64,000 bases of DNA from Phaeosaccion multiseriatum (Eukaryota > Protista > Ochrophyta, other classes). The notes under the pieces were generated by a model. That model ran no database searches and was not told the DNA's origin. It saw only the letters and a program-made list of their open reading frames with translations. The position numbers were made by a program, and so were the translations under genes. The stretch is from NCBI GenBank assembly GCA_965112735.1, contig OZ218963.1:2604001-2668000 (forward strand). Reading direction: 5' to 3'. This document shows, one piece after another, positions 46,946 through 59,116 of the stretch (the stretch's first letter is position 1; the number at the start of each line of letters is the position of its first letter).

Positions 46946-47403
46946 TGTCGCCTACAGATAGGATGGAACTAGACACACGGACAAGGTAACAGCAACCCGA
47001 AAGCCAGCCTAGCAGCCAGCCTTGCCTCTATTACTTATCGCATGCTAGTCCTAAACGACCACCTACGCACGTAGGATAGTGAGAGCCACGCCACCCGTTC
47101 TCACCGTATCTGCCTGGGCCTGGGCCATTGACTTATGGCCCATCTCATCTGAGGCCTTCCAACATCCCCAATGCCTATCCCGGGGCCTTCCAACATCCCC
47201 AATAGCTATCCGCCACTTCCAACATCCCCTTGACAAGACTGTTGCGTGTCCCCACGCAACACAAGCGGATTCGCCTACTGAAGCTCGACTGTCGCACAAG
47301 CCTCCATGCTGCTTTCGAAAAAAAACCGGATGAGAATTATGCAACACTCACCCAGATGTGTGCGACCGCTCCTCCCACACACACCCCCTGTATTGATGAG
47401 AAA
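46946..47403 (-). mobile_element. 3' end of an LTR-D element with triplicated PPT/att units
   Basis: LTR plus three CTTCCAACATCCCC units; the 3'UTR is homologous to that of the gag-like element. Confidence 0.75.
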
Positions 47404-48655
47404 TGTCGAAACTACCGACAGCTAGCCTCAAAGCCAAGCTAGAGCAGAGCAGAAGCTGAAGCAAGCACCCGGAAGCCAGCCCACACGCAGGCTGCGCTTC
47501 CTTTCTTTTATTACTGATTTACCGTCTGTTGGCCCGTTTTCCGGCCGTTACACTACTGATTGGGTCCCCAAGGGACCCCAACTAGGCCACTTCTAACATC
47601 CCCCTCACTACACCCCCGCCTCTTCCGCCAGCTCCCTCAGAAGCCGAGATGCGAGCGATAGAATTGCGTCTCGTGCGCCAGCCCGCTGCCCCACTTCTCA
47701 TGTTGCCGCAGACGGATCGTGCTTTCCCGTTTAGACCTATGCCCTCTTTTGACATTCACTCCTGGATCAAGGGCAGTGTGCGGAAGGGCGTTCTCGAACG
47801 CCTCTATGGCCTTGGCGTGTCCCCGCTCCAGTAACCACTCAGCCCATTCCCAGGTCTGGAAAGTGCCGCCGTCCGACACGGCCCACCGCACGTTATACTC
47901 TCGCCGCAGTGGCAGCCCCGTGGCTTTGCGCCAGCGGAACTTCACAATCCTCGCCAGCGTGGGCACTTTCCCCTCACTCACCTCGTCCAGCTCTAAGCTA
48001 CGCTGCTCCTGCATTGCGCTGGTAGCCCACTGAGGAGAGCACCAACGGATATGATACCTGGCGAACCCTTCCGGGAGACCGAAGGGCCGCTCGCTCACCC
48101 CATCGATGAACGGCTTCGTCAAGTCTCTGTGGTACGCCCGTTGCAGCTGCTCCACACCATTGCCGCGCACCCGTTTCATAGACAGATACACTGCGCTGCG
48201 CTGCATGACCTGATAGTGCTCTTCACTCACCCGCCCATGCTGAGCACAGTAGGCCCCCAGAGATGGCCAAGGCAAGACTGTATAAGGACCATCCCACGAG
48301 TGCTGCAGAGCCTTGAGTTGCGCTGACGGGGGCCCTTCGAGCTCTTCCCCTTCTTGCTGGGCGGCGGCACCAGGACGATACAACATCACCTTGGTTCCGG
48401 GTCGCAGGGGCGTCGGCCAACGGCGTGAGGCGTTCTTCAGCTGCAATCTCCCGTGGTAGTCGCAGCGCCTCCCATTGACCACCGTCGCAGCCGCAGCCAG
48501 ACGTGCCCGCAGTTCGTGGACCCATGCCGAGGCAGACGAAAACGACCCGTCCTCCACTAGCGCCGGAAGCATCGCCTGTAGAGGCACCGGGGGGTGCCGA
48601 CCGAACAAGGCGTAGAATGGCGCCATCCCCGTGCTCTCCTGCGAGCGGCAGTTGT

Positions 48656-51279
48656 TGTGGAAAGTCGTGCTTAGACCTCCACGAAACGGACTAGACACAC
48701 AGATAAGGTAGCAGCACCCCAAAGCTAGCCTGACAGCCGGCCTTGTATCTATTAGCTTATCTATGCACTGTCCTAAACGACCACCTACAGGAGGATAGTG
48801 AGAAACGGGCACCGTTTCTCACTGCGTTGCCTAGGCCTGGGCCACTGACATACGACTGACTTTCCACATCCCCGTCAGCCATCCCTGCACTTCTAACACT
48901 CCCCTGACAAGATTGTTGCGTGTCCCCACGCAACTCAAGCGTTTTCACCTACTGAAGCTCGACTGTAGCAAACCCCTTTATGCTGCTTCCAAAAAAACCG
49001 GATGAGAAATATGCAAAACTCACCCACCAGTGTGTGACGTGGCACTCCACAGGTCACCCTGCCACACACCTGCCACGGCAGGGTGAGAAAGCCCAAGGCC
49101 TCAAACTCACCCTCCGTGGCTGCGCACGGCTGCGCTAGCGCTGGCTCGTCCCCACGTCACCTGCTGTCCCAGCGTTGCAACCGTACGAGGCACTCCATGC
49201 GCGGCCTGCTCCGTCGCCAGCAGCTGGGCCGCCTTCTCGTCCATCAGCTTCTGCAGCCGCGCCTGCGCCGCTTCCACTTGCTGCATCCGATCCTTCAGAG
49301 AGAGAGGAGGCCGGTCCAACCAGGCCGGACGATCCGCTGCAATCTCCTGCTGCCACCGGCGCTGCCTTGCCGGATCACACTTCCTCGCGTCCATCTCCTG
49401 CTGCCACTGGCGCTCCTCCTCAAGCTGCCGCTCTGCCGGATCCCTGACCCCGTCGGGCCTTACCTTGCGCTTCTTCGACCGCCGCCCCCTCCTCTTTGGC
49501 CGCGCACCAACTTCGGTAGTGGAACCAAGACCACTGAGAACACCATTCACCCGCACTACAGGCTGAGCCACAGCCCGCAGTGCGTCCTCCCGCTCTTGCC
49601 AGTCCCGCACTTGCTGTACCCGCGTGCTCTCCGCTTGAGCCTGCGTGTGTACCTCTTGCAGCTTGCGCTGAGCTTCCTCAGCCAAGGCAGCTTGTTGCGC
49701 CTGCTGCCGTCTCTCTTTCTCCCCGACGCGGCGCCTCTCCACCCGCTCCTGAGCCGCACACACACGCGCCCGCTCCAACTGTTCCTCCTCCAGCCAAACA
49801 GACTCGCGCTCCTGCCGCTCCCGCTCGAGGACCGCAGCAGACACTGACCCCTCTGCAAGCGTGACGCCAGCCTGCTCTACCTGCTCCTCCTGAGCCTGCG
49901 CTTGCGCCACCCGAAGCCGAGACTGCGCCGCGGCCGCCACCGTCAGCTCTAGCGTCTGCAACTCCTTCGAGGCTCTGCGCTGTGCTGCCTGCCCTGTCGT
50001 CGTCACGGCCTTCACCAGCTGAGCAAGGACGCGCTTGTATTGCTCAGTGCGCTGCACAAGCGTCACCACCACCTGGGAAGCTGTACCCAAGCCGTACCGC
50101 TTCCCTGCATCCACCATCTTCCTCACCATGGCTCCGGTGGTCGGTTCGGTAGGGCAGCGAGAGAGACAGTGCTCCTTCTTGCAGTGAAAGCACGAAAAGA
50201 CTTGCCCTGCCCCACAGTCGACCTTAGATCGTTTCTGCTTGCTGCCCGACCCCACCTGTGCAGCAGCTACCTGCACCTCCGACTGCTGCCTTGGATCCCG
50301 ACCCAATAGCTGGCCCAGTAGCACCGGAAGTGCTGCAAGGTCCATCCTGATTCCATGCAGCTCCTCCATCAACCGATTGACCATGTCGTGATCCCCCATC
50401 GGTTCCTCCTGGGACCAGCCAGTACGCTTACTCTGTGCCAGCCGATCGCCGCGCTATGCCGGCATCTTCCCTCTTGCTGCGCCCCTGCAGCTGCTCCCTC
50501 CGAGCGTGCCTAATTATGCCTGATATCCGTGCCTGCTGCTGCTGCTGCTGCCTCTGCAGCTGCTGCGGTATCCAACACCTGCTGCTGCGCCCCCTGCCTC
50601 TCCAGCCAAGCCTGCTGTATCTCCTGCCGCTAACCTCTAAATCAGCGGTCCCCTCTGATTAAGTATAGCGGATACCCGTGCCTCCTGCTGCTGCCCCTGC
50701 AGCTGCTGTATCCAATCCTTTGCTGCTGCCCCTGCAGCTGCTCGCCAATCCTTCCGTGCCTCCTGCTGCTGCCCCTGCAGCTGCTCCTTGCAATATCCCT
50801 AGCTACCTCTTGCTGCCGATCCACGGTAGCGCTGCTGTGCCACTCTTTCAAAGCCAACCAATAAATTCTCCCACAAATAAATTCTCCCACCGGTTCCCAA
50901 GCAAAGCTAATTAAGCTAAACGCCCCGGACGGAGCAAGCTGTGGCGTGTCCGTGCCTTGGACACTAACCAAAAACGTCCACGTGCTAGTCTAGCGCACGA
51001 TGAACTCAAAGCCTCCCTCTGCTGAGCCTATTGGCCAAGTGCCAAACTGTCTTCGAGCTTTGGGGTTGTGGAAAGTCGTGCTTAGACCTCCACGAAACGG
51101 ACTAGACACACAGATAAGGTAGCAGCACCCCAAAGCTAGCCTGACAGCCGGCCTTGTATCTATTAGCTTATCTATGCACTGTCCTAAACGACCACCTACA
51201 GGAGGATAGTGAGAAACGGGCACCGTTTCTCACTGCGTTGCCTAGGCCTGGGCCACTGACATACGACTGACTTTCCACA
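48656..51279 (-). mobile_element. Second gag-like non-autonomous element, TSD TTGT, inserted in the Exo-Gypsy integrase
   Basis: LTRs 48656-48868 and 51067-51279; ORF 49107-50399. Confidence 0.93.
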
Positions 51280-54200
51280 TTGTACGCATAGGTGAGCCCG
51301 GCGACGTAATCTGGCCACTGCTGCATCTGTGACTCCACGGTCGTCGCCAACATGTCCTTGATCGTGGCCATGAAGCGCTCCACCTGCCCATTGGCCTGTT
51401 GGTGCATCGGCGTCGTGAACACTTGCGACGCCGATAGAACCCGCATCACATCGCCCATGAGCGCACTGGTGAACTGCGAGCCTTGATCACTCACCAGCAC
51501 TCGGGGCACACCCAGGGTGGTGACGACATGCCGCACGAAGGCCCGAGCAATACCTTCCGCCGTATAGTCCTGTGCCCTCAAAGGCACCACCACTGTCCAC
51601 TTCGTGAACCAATCCTGAAACACCAAGAGGTACTCCTCACCGCCCATGCCCATAGGAAAGGGGCCAGCCACATCAGCGCCCATGACCGCCCAAGGTCCAT
51701 CCACCTTGGAAATGGACGACAGCGGCACAGGCTTTGGCTGCCGGCGAGGAGTCTTGCGTGTCTGGCACGCCAGACAGGAGCGGGCCCAATACAGCGCATG
51801 TGCATTCATCTTCTCCCACCATACGCGCTCTTGCAGCGCGTCTAGCATACGTCCCGGGCCTTGGTGCCCACCTGCGATGGCATCGGTGTGGGCGGCATGC
51901 AGCAAGGCTGGCCGCATCTCCTTGGGCACACATACTTGTAGCCGAGTGTGCCGCACCCGCCACCGAAAGCCCCCAGGAGCCCACTTACGCATCAAGAGCC
52001 CGTCCTCATCCACAAAGAACTCACCCCCACCGGCATCCACCACGCCGCCGGTGGGCCCAGCCTGAACACGGCGACGGAGTGCTTCCAGCTCCGCATCAGC
52101 CCGCTGCGCACGCACCCACCACGCGGCCTCGACATGCAGACTGCCACCCAAAGCTCCAGCCGCTCGTCTGTGCGCCGCGGCAGCAGGCACCGTGCCTGGT
52201 AGAGACCACCCAAACTGTCGCTCTGCCTCTCGTCGATGCCCATCAAGCTCGCGCTGCAAGGTGGACTCCTGCTCCACCGGCTCCTTGGAAACTGAATCCA
52301 CTGCATCCTCAGCTTCATTACCTGCATCCCCTGCTTCTTCCGTGACCAGTAGATCTGCCGTACCAGGCTCCGACGGCGACTCCGCAGCAGGCGGCTCCCC
52401 AGGGGGGGTGATGCGGCCCTCCTCCGGAACAAGCTCCTCACCCTCGGTGGCACCAGCAACGGCAGCTGGACACACCTCCGAGAGCAGACGAGACGCATCC
52501 TCCTCAAGCTCAGCCTCCCATGCAGCCCACGCATGAGCGGCCGCGGCACCCGTTTGCTGAGCCTCCGCTGGTGTGCACATCGAGAAGTAGTCACATGACA
52601 CCTGACGGACTTGCTTCCATGGCAACTCGATCATGGTATCTAGATGACTGGCCAACGCGCCCACCACCTTCCGCTGGCGCTTATATGTCCGCGTGAACAG
52701 CTCCACCACCTGCATCATTGTCTCCCACGAGCACTGCAGTTTGAATTGCAGTTTGGCCAGGTCGAATACCTCCAACGTCTTGGAGTGGACACCAAAGATG
52801 TAGAGCGGTGACACGTGGTCGCGATCGCCCCAATAACCAACCGCGGCCTGCATGAACCTGCCGACTTGCATCTCCTCCTGCTCCGCAGGGGTGTGAGCAG
52901 GGCTCATCGCTCTAAGCTCCACCCCCGGGCCACCATGGACGAACGGCACACACTCCGCCATGCGAGGCCAGAGGCGGAGGAGCGCCGCAGCGTCAGCAAA
53001 CGCGTACTCCTGTTGAGCGGCGGACAGCGGCCGCTTCGTCCAATCGGTGGCCCGCTCCTCCTTGCTAAGGTGTTGCTCCAAAAACATGCTGACAAGGTCC
53101 TGGAGTCCGATGAACTGAGCATGTTCGGGGCACACGCGCTTAAAGAGGTCACTGGTGTCCACCAAGTTGACGATGTGCTGGACATGCTCCGCGAGCGCCG
53201 GCCATCGGCCCAGGGCACGTTGGTCGTGACTCCAGTGGTGAGCCAGCTTCACAATCGAGGGTTCGGCCCACAGGTCCCGCAACACTTGCGCCAGTACCAT
53301 CATACCCCCCGCCTTCTGAAGCGCGTCTAGATCAAGCAAGAGCCCATAGTCACGCGCCACATCCGGCAGCGGCCCAACCTGCACGGCCAATTGCAGCAGC
53401 GACGCGCGCCGTCGGTGACGCGCCCACTCCGAATCCATAGCGACCACTTTGGCTGTGCGCAACTGAGTCGATAGAGCCTGCACGTGCCTCGGCGTAGACA
53501 CGTACGTGCACCTCGCTGCGGAAATGTGGCTCACAAATGGCGGCATCTGACCCGGCTGCCAGGCCTCTATCACAGCCTTCTTCACACCCAGCTGAGGTGC
53601 TCGCGTAGGCTGCCATCCACATTGCTGGAGACGCTGTGTCCAAGCACGCCGAGCAGTACCCTTGCGTGACTGCGTCGCCGACAAGTCCACCTCTGCAGTC
53701 TGCCAGGCTTGTAGGGCCTCCGCTCCGCTCTGCTGCTGGTGGTGGCACCGTTGCTGCTGTTGCTGGGCCGTCACGGCAGGCACAGGAATAGGAAGGCGTG
53801 TGTCGGCTTCGCCCTGCAGCTGTTGCGCCACTGCGAGAAAGCGAAGCAGTGCGCCCTCCGTGGGCTCCTCCCAATGAAGGCTGCACTCGTCCCCTACCAT
53901 CTCCACCAGGTTCAACTGCACCCCCATCGAAGCACACCAGGTGTGCAAGGGCGACGGCCACCCGCACGCAACCATGGCCAAGTCTACCCCCGCATGCGTC
54001 GCCCACTCCTGCACCGGAAGCGCGTTGCGAGAGAGGCAGTCAGGCACCACCATTTGCTTCCCGGGACGATGCACAAACTGCAAGTGGTGCGTAGAGAGCC
54101 GCTCGTACCATCTGAACAGCTTGGAATTGGTATCCTTGTGCCCAGCCAACCACAACAAGGGCTGATGGTCCGTCACCACTGTGGTGGGGTAGTGGCAGAT

Positions 54201-56771
54201 GTACATGGCCAGTTTGCGCACACACCACACCACTGCCAGCAGCTCCAGCTCCGTGCTGCTCAGTCGCGCCTCCGTCTCCGTGGTAGCCCGACTGATGAAC
54301 GTCACCACACGCTCCTCCCCGGTCGCATCTATCTGAGAGAGCACTCCTGCTAACCCTTCCGTCGAGGCATCGGTACTCAGGGTGAAAGTCGTCGCTGGCC
54401 CGTACTCCGGAAAAGCCAGTGCAGGGGAAGACAACAAGTCGGCAACGAGTCCATCCCAAGCTGCATCGTGCGAGGCATTCCAGGCGGTGCTCACGTCGAC
54501 GCCCTTACGCAGCAGCCCATTGAGGGGCCGCACTTTGCGCGCAAACTCCGGAATGAAACGGCGAAAGTAGCTGAGCATGCCAATGAAACGCCGCACCTGC
54601 TTAACTCGATTGACGCCGCCATCCTTCGCAAGCAACCTCAACGGCTTGACCAGCTCTTGCACCGCCGCATGCTTGGCCGGGTCTGTGCGCACCCCATTCT
54701 GATCCAGCAAATGCCCGCAGAACCACACCTCCGGTGCACCCAATACAGCCTTACTCGGCTCCAACTTGAGCTTGTGCTCCACCAACCGCGCAAGCACAGC
54801 ATCCAAATGCTCCAGATGCTGCTCAACCGTAGCCGAAAACACAGCAATATCGTCCACAAAGCATGCCACATGCTCCTGAAGCCCCTTGAGCACCTTGTTC
54901 ATAAGCCGCACAAAGACTGCAGGCGCATTCTTCGCGCCCTGCGGCATCACTCGCCAAGCGTAAGTACCACTGTGGCACACAAAGGTGGATATGTCCTCTT
55001 CCGCTGCTGATGCCATCGACACATTGAAGTAGCCCGACATGATGTCCATCACCGAGAACACCTTGGAGCCACGCATCTCTGCCAGCAGATCATCAATCAC
55101 CGGCATCGCAGGGGCCTCCGTGCGACACGCATCATTCAGCTGAGACAAGTCACACGTCATACGTACCACAGGCGTCCCATCCTCATGACACTTGGTTTTG
55201 CCAGCTGCGTCCGTCTTCAAGACCGCCATCAGCGGAGTGGCCCAGCTGGAAGTGCTGGGGCGAATGATGGCAGCCGCGAGAAGCTTGTCAATCTCAATCT
55301 CAATCCCCCGCCGCAAATGTGGAGGATACCGTCGAGCGGAGCTCCGAATGGGCTGCTGATTCGCATCCTTCAGTCCCCACTCAAAGAAGAGAGTATCCGT
55401 CCGACCGTAGTCACCAGGCCTCTGGCAGAATGCTTGCGACCGAGCACGAAGGATCGCCACCAGTCCCCAGCGTTGCACCTCCGTCCAGGCACCGTCGCCA
55501 ATCGTGATAGCGTGCAGGGGCGACGGTAGCTCCCTGAGCCAGAACTGAGCCCGCTCCGTAGTGAGCTTGGCACGGCGCCGCTGCTCCACAACAAGCTCTC
55601 CTGCATCCCACGACTCCACTCCACCACCAAGACAGTGACTCTCCTGCAGCACCGTTCGCAATTGGATAAGGAGCAGCAGCGCATTGGTCATATCCTGCTC
55701 CACCTTCTCCTGCTGCTGTAATGGGCGACTAGACCACAACGACAAGAGCTGTTGGGCCCATGCTGCCACAGCAACGTCCCCAACGCCGCTCAGACCCGTG
55801 CCAGCGGCTTGGTGTACATGGGGGCGCAGGAGCAGTAGCGCGGTCACAGCCCCTTCCTCCGCCGCAACCAAGCACTCGCGCAGACGTCCATACACTCGCT
55901 CTGACAGGTGAGGATACCACTCCTTGATCAACTGCACTCCTGCCATCAGAGTCCCACCGGACGTGTCACTCTGACTACCGAGTCGCAAGGCACCATCCGT
56001 ATCCAGTACCCACCCATCACCGCGTAGGTCAGTCAATGATGTGCCCACAGCCGCCGACGATGATCCTGCCTCGGACCGTAGTGGCGGTTCCTCCGACGCC
56101 ACTGACGACGCCGCCCCTGTCGCAGGCCTGCTGGTGGAATCATCAGCCACCGCCACGTGGTGGACCTGCAGCTGGCTTGTACGAGGCGGTCGGAGCTCCT
56201 GCAACTGTGTCTGACGGCGTCGCGCTACCGCCGCCGGAGCCACCTGCTGCTGCACCGCATTGGACCGCTGAACCTGCTGAGCTGCCGACGAATCCGCTTG
56301 CTTAAAAGAGCTCTTCCCGCTGGGCCTTGTGCCGTCGCTGCAATGCCCACTGGCGCTGCTGCCGTGCCTGCTGCTGTGCCGCTTGTAACCGCTTGGCCTG
56401 CTGCGTTGCCAACCATGCTGCTGTCTCCTCCTTCGAGTCAACTCGTGGTGTGTCAGCTCGTCTGGCCGGCACTCGCACTGTCCCCCCCCAGGAGGCCGCC
56501 AAGGGCACGCGACGCTCCCGCGGCACCTGTCGTTGCCCCAAGTCGCTCCCCCAAGCGAGACGAAGCCCTCGGCGATGCCAAGCGCAGGAGCCGTCAGCGC
56601 ACAGCTCCCGTCGCAGCGGCAAAACTTGTCGTCGCACTTGCTCATGGCGCTCCAACACTGCTTGCCGATGAACCTGGTCCCACAGCACAGGAGACTCCAC
56701 AAGCATTGATGCCACTCTCCGACGTTGCCGCTGCAATCGCCCAGCACCCACTCGACTCTGACGACACTGAC

Positions 56772-57390
56772 TGTTAGAAGTCGTACTTTTGCTAGACTGA
56801 TACCTCCCGGTCTGAATGACTTCTAACAAGGCTAGTTGTGAGTTCGAACCTTAGCTGTCGCTTGTGAAAAAGCGTATTTTTCGGCGAAAACTGTTACCAG
56901 TGTGGGGCCGGTACCTCCCTCGATTATGAGGAGGAAGGCACCCCCAAGCTGAGCGCTCCGTTCCGGGCCCAAAAGGGGAGAGATAAGAGTCCAATGCTGG
57001 CACCAAGTGTATTAATGACTATGGCTATCCCACCCTAAGACCCTGGACAGCTCCCTTGTTTAAGGAAGCAATCCAATTGGTCTTTACGGGTTCAGGAGTG
57101 CGGAGGGGCCAACCAGGCCCCAAAAGGCCGCGTCCCCACATCATTGACTTACTGTCCTGCCTACCTAATAATACGTAATTGGGCCTAACCCAGCTCCACC
57201 ACACCAGCTTGCTGGCCCATGATGCTGATTCTCAGACTGCGAGTTACTTCTCTCCACTATGTGCGGTGGGGGGGGGGGGGTTCGTCCTCTAGCAACGGTC
57301 TTGTTAGAAGTCGTACTTTTGCTAGACTGATACCTCCCGGTCTGAATTCAGAGGGCAGGTATCAGTCTAGCAAAAGTACGACTTCTAACA
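56772..57390 (+). mobile_element. Family A monomer (5' hairpin internally deleted), TSD TGAC
   Basis: TGAC at 56768-56771 and 57391-57394. The empty site is in copy 2 near 19843. Confidence 0.9.
56901..57203. repeat. 303-bp solo-LTR-like insertion, TSD CCAG, inside element A
   Basis: TGTGG..CCACA ends; removing it restores the A internal sequence. Confidence 0.8.
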
Positions 57391-59116
57391 TGACTCCCCT
57401 TCTTGCCTCGGCGCTGCAAATGCTGAAACCGGGCCTTCACTGTCGGCTGAGGCACCAGAGTCGATGGCACCCCCACCTCAGTCCGTGGGTGCGTCAGGGC
57501 CTGCACCGGCACAGCTTGCAGCGGAAGCGCCGTAGCCCCCAGCTCAGCCTCCTCTGGTACTACCGAGCAGCGAATTACAGGCCCCTGCGGTGGGTACCAG
57601 ACCTGCTCAGCTCCTGCTTCAGCTTCAGACGGCTGCAGCGACACCTCCTCCTCCACCACAGACTCAACCGCCTCCCGCGCCTTGGACCATGGCAGCCTGC
57701 GCGTCACCGCACGCCTCACCATCCCGCCAAGAGCACCAAGCCAGGAGGAGGGGGCCGCTGCAGTCTCCGGCACGGTATCTGAAGAAGCCGGCTCAGCGAG
57801 CATGAGCGCGGCCACCTCAGCACACGCCTCCGAGTCGAGCAAGCAAGAAGCAGTGCCGATGACCTGCCCAGGAACGACCACAATGACCTGATTGTGGTGA
57901 TTCTGCACTATGATTCGGTAACTCTGCCCCCCAGCATACACACCATCTTTGTGCGCCACTAGAACCTGCTCGTGCTCCAGCCACCAGAGAACGTCCGCCT
58001 CCGCTGCCAAGTGTCCGTGAGCGCCCAGCTCCACCACCGCCTGGACACCCTCACCGATGCCCGTAAGCTCGAGGCGAAGGGACCCCGTCTGTCCAGGTCC
58101 CAAGCTCAAAGCCTCCACAGCACGTACCCCCCCAACAGCAGCGTTGCCGTCCACCACTGCCAGCACTTGCACAGCCAAGGCATCGGACGGACGAGCATCC
58201 GACGTGGCCTCCTCCGAAGGAGTCGGAAGTACGTAGAGCTGCTTCGCACGATGATCGACGACTGCCCCTACTTGGGTGAAGAAATCCTGCCCCAAGAAGA
58301 TGGGCCGCGCCAAGTGGTCCACCACATGAAAGGGTAGCACCGGCTGGCACGTCGGCGTGAGTCCCACCTGAAGCCAAACAAGCCCTCTGGACATGGTCTT
58401 GGCACGATTGTCAGCGTAAGACACCTGCACCCCCTTCTGCGTGGCGAGCTCTGACCGCTCCACCGTGCCATCCGCCACCAGTTGATTGAAGCAGGCTGTC
58501 GAGATGCAGCCCGCTCCTGTGCACCCACTGTCCATCAAGGCTGTAAAGGCGCTCTTCTCCACGGCGTCGGCGGCACTGGCATCCCGTGGAGCGGTAGCAG
58601 CCAAGCAATGCCGAGCGTCACTGACCTTCACTGGCGAGCGCACCGTAACCTCGATCGTGTGGCCCCGCCCTGCTGGGACTGCCGTACGACCCGTGGCAGC
58701 CACCGCTTCGGCAATCTCAGCTCTCCGCACTGCTGTCTGCAAGGCGGCCACCCCCCCCGGAGCGTCCTCCATCCGCACACGGTAGAGAGCCAAGGCAGCG
58801 CGTTGCACACACCCCTCACACATATCACACTCACTGTCAACAGCCGACGCACAGGCACAAGCTCCCGGACTGGGGGGCTCCTTGAGCAGAGCGACTCCCG
58901 CGCCAGGCTCCAAGGCTACTGCATGACAAGCACGCACAAACGGATCAAGGGCTAGCGTGTGCAGCCCCGCCTCCTCCGTCAACACAGCCGTGAAAGCAGC
59001 CTCCTGCTGATGCTGCTGTGCTGCTGCTGTCGCACGAGCACGCTGCCTCCGCTGCTTCCTCCGTACCCGCAGTCGAAGAGCCACTGCGCGCCTCGCTGCA
59101 TCCTGCTGCTCCTGTG

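Larger units (their letters stand above)
47404..59116 (-). mobile_element. Exo-Gypsy copy 3: 3' LTR 47404-47598, pol interrupted at 48656-51279 and 56772-57390, protease (LMDSG) in ORF 57348-59084
   Basis: Near identical to copy 1. A 1-bp frameshift near 56303. Confidence 0.92.

Noticed and set aside
51168-56747. 1859-aa ORF as an intact Pol
   Set aside because: The N-terminus is off-frame because of a frameshift near 56303, and the C-terminus reads into an inserted LTR that splits the integrase.
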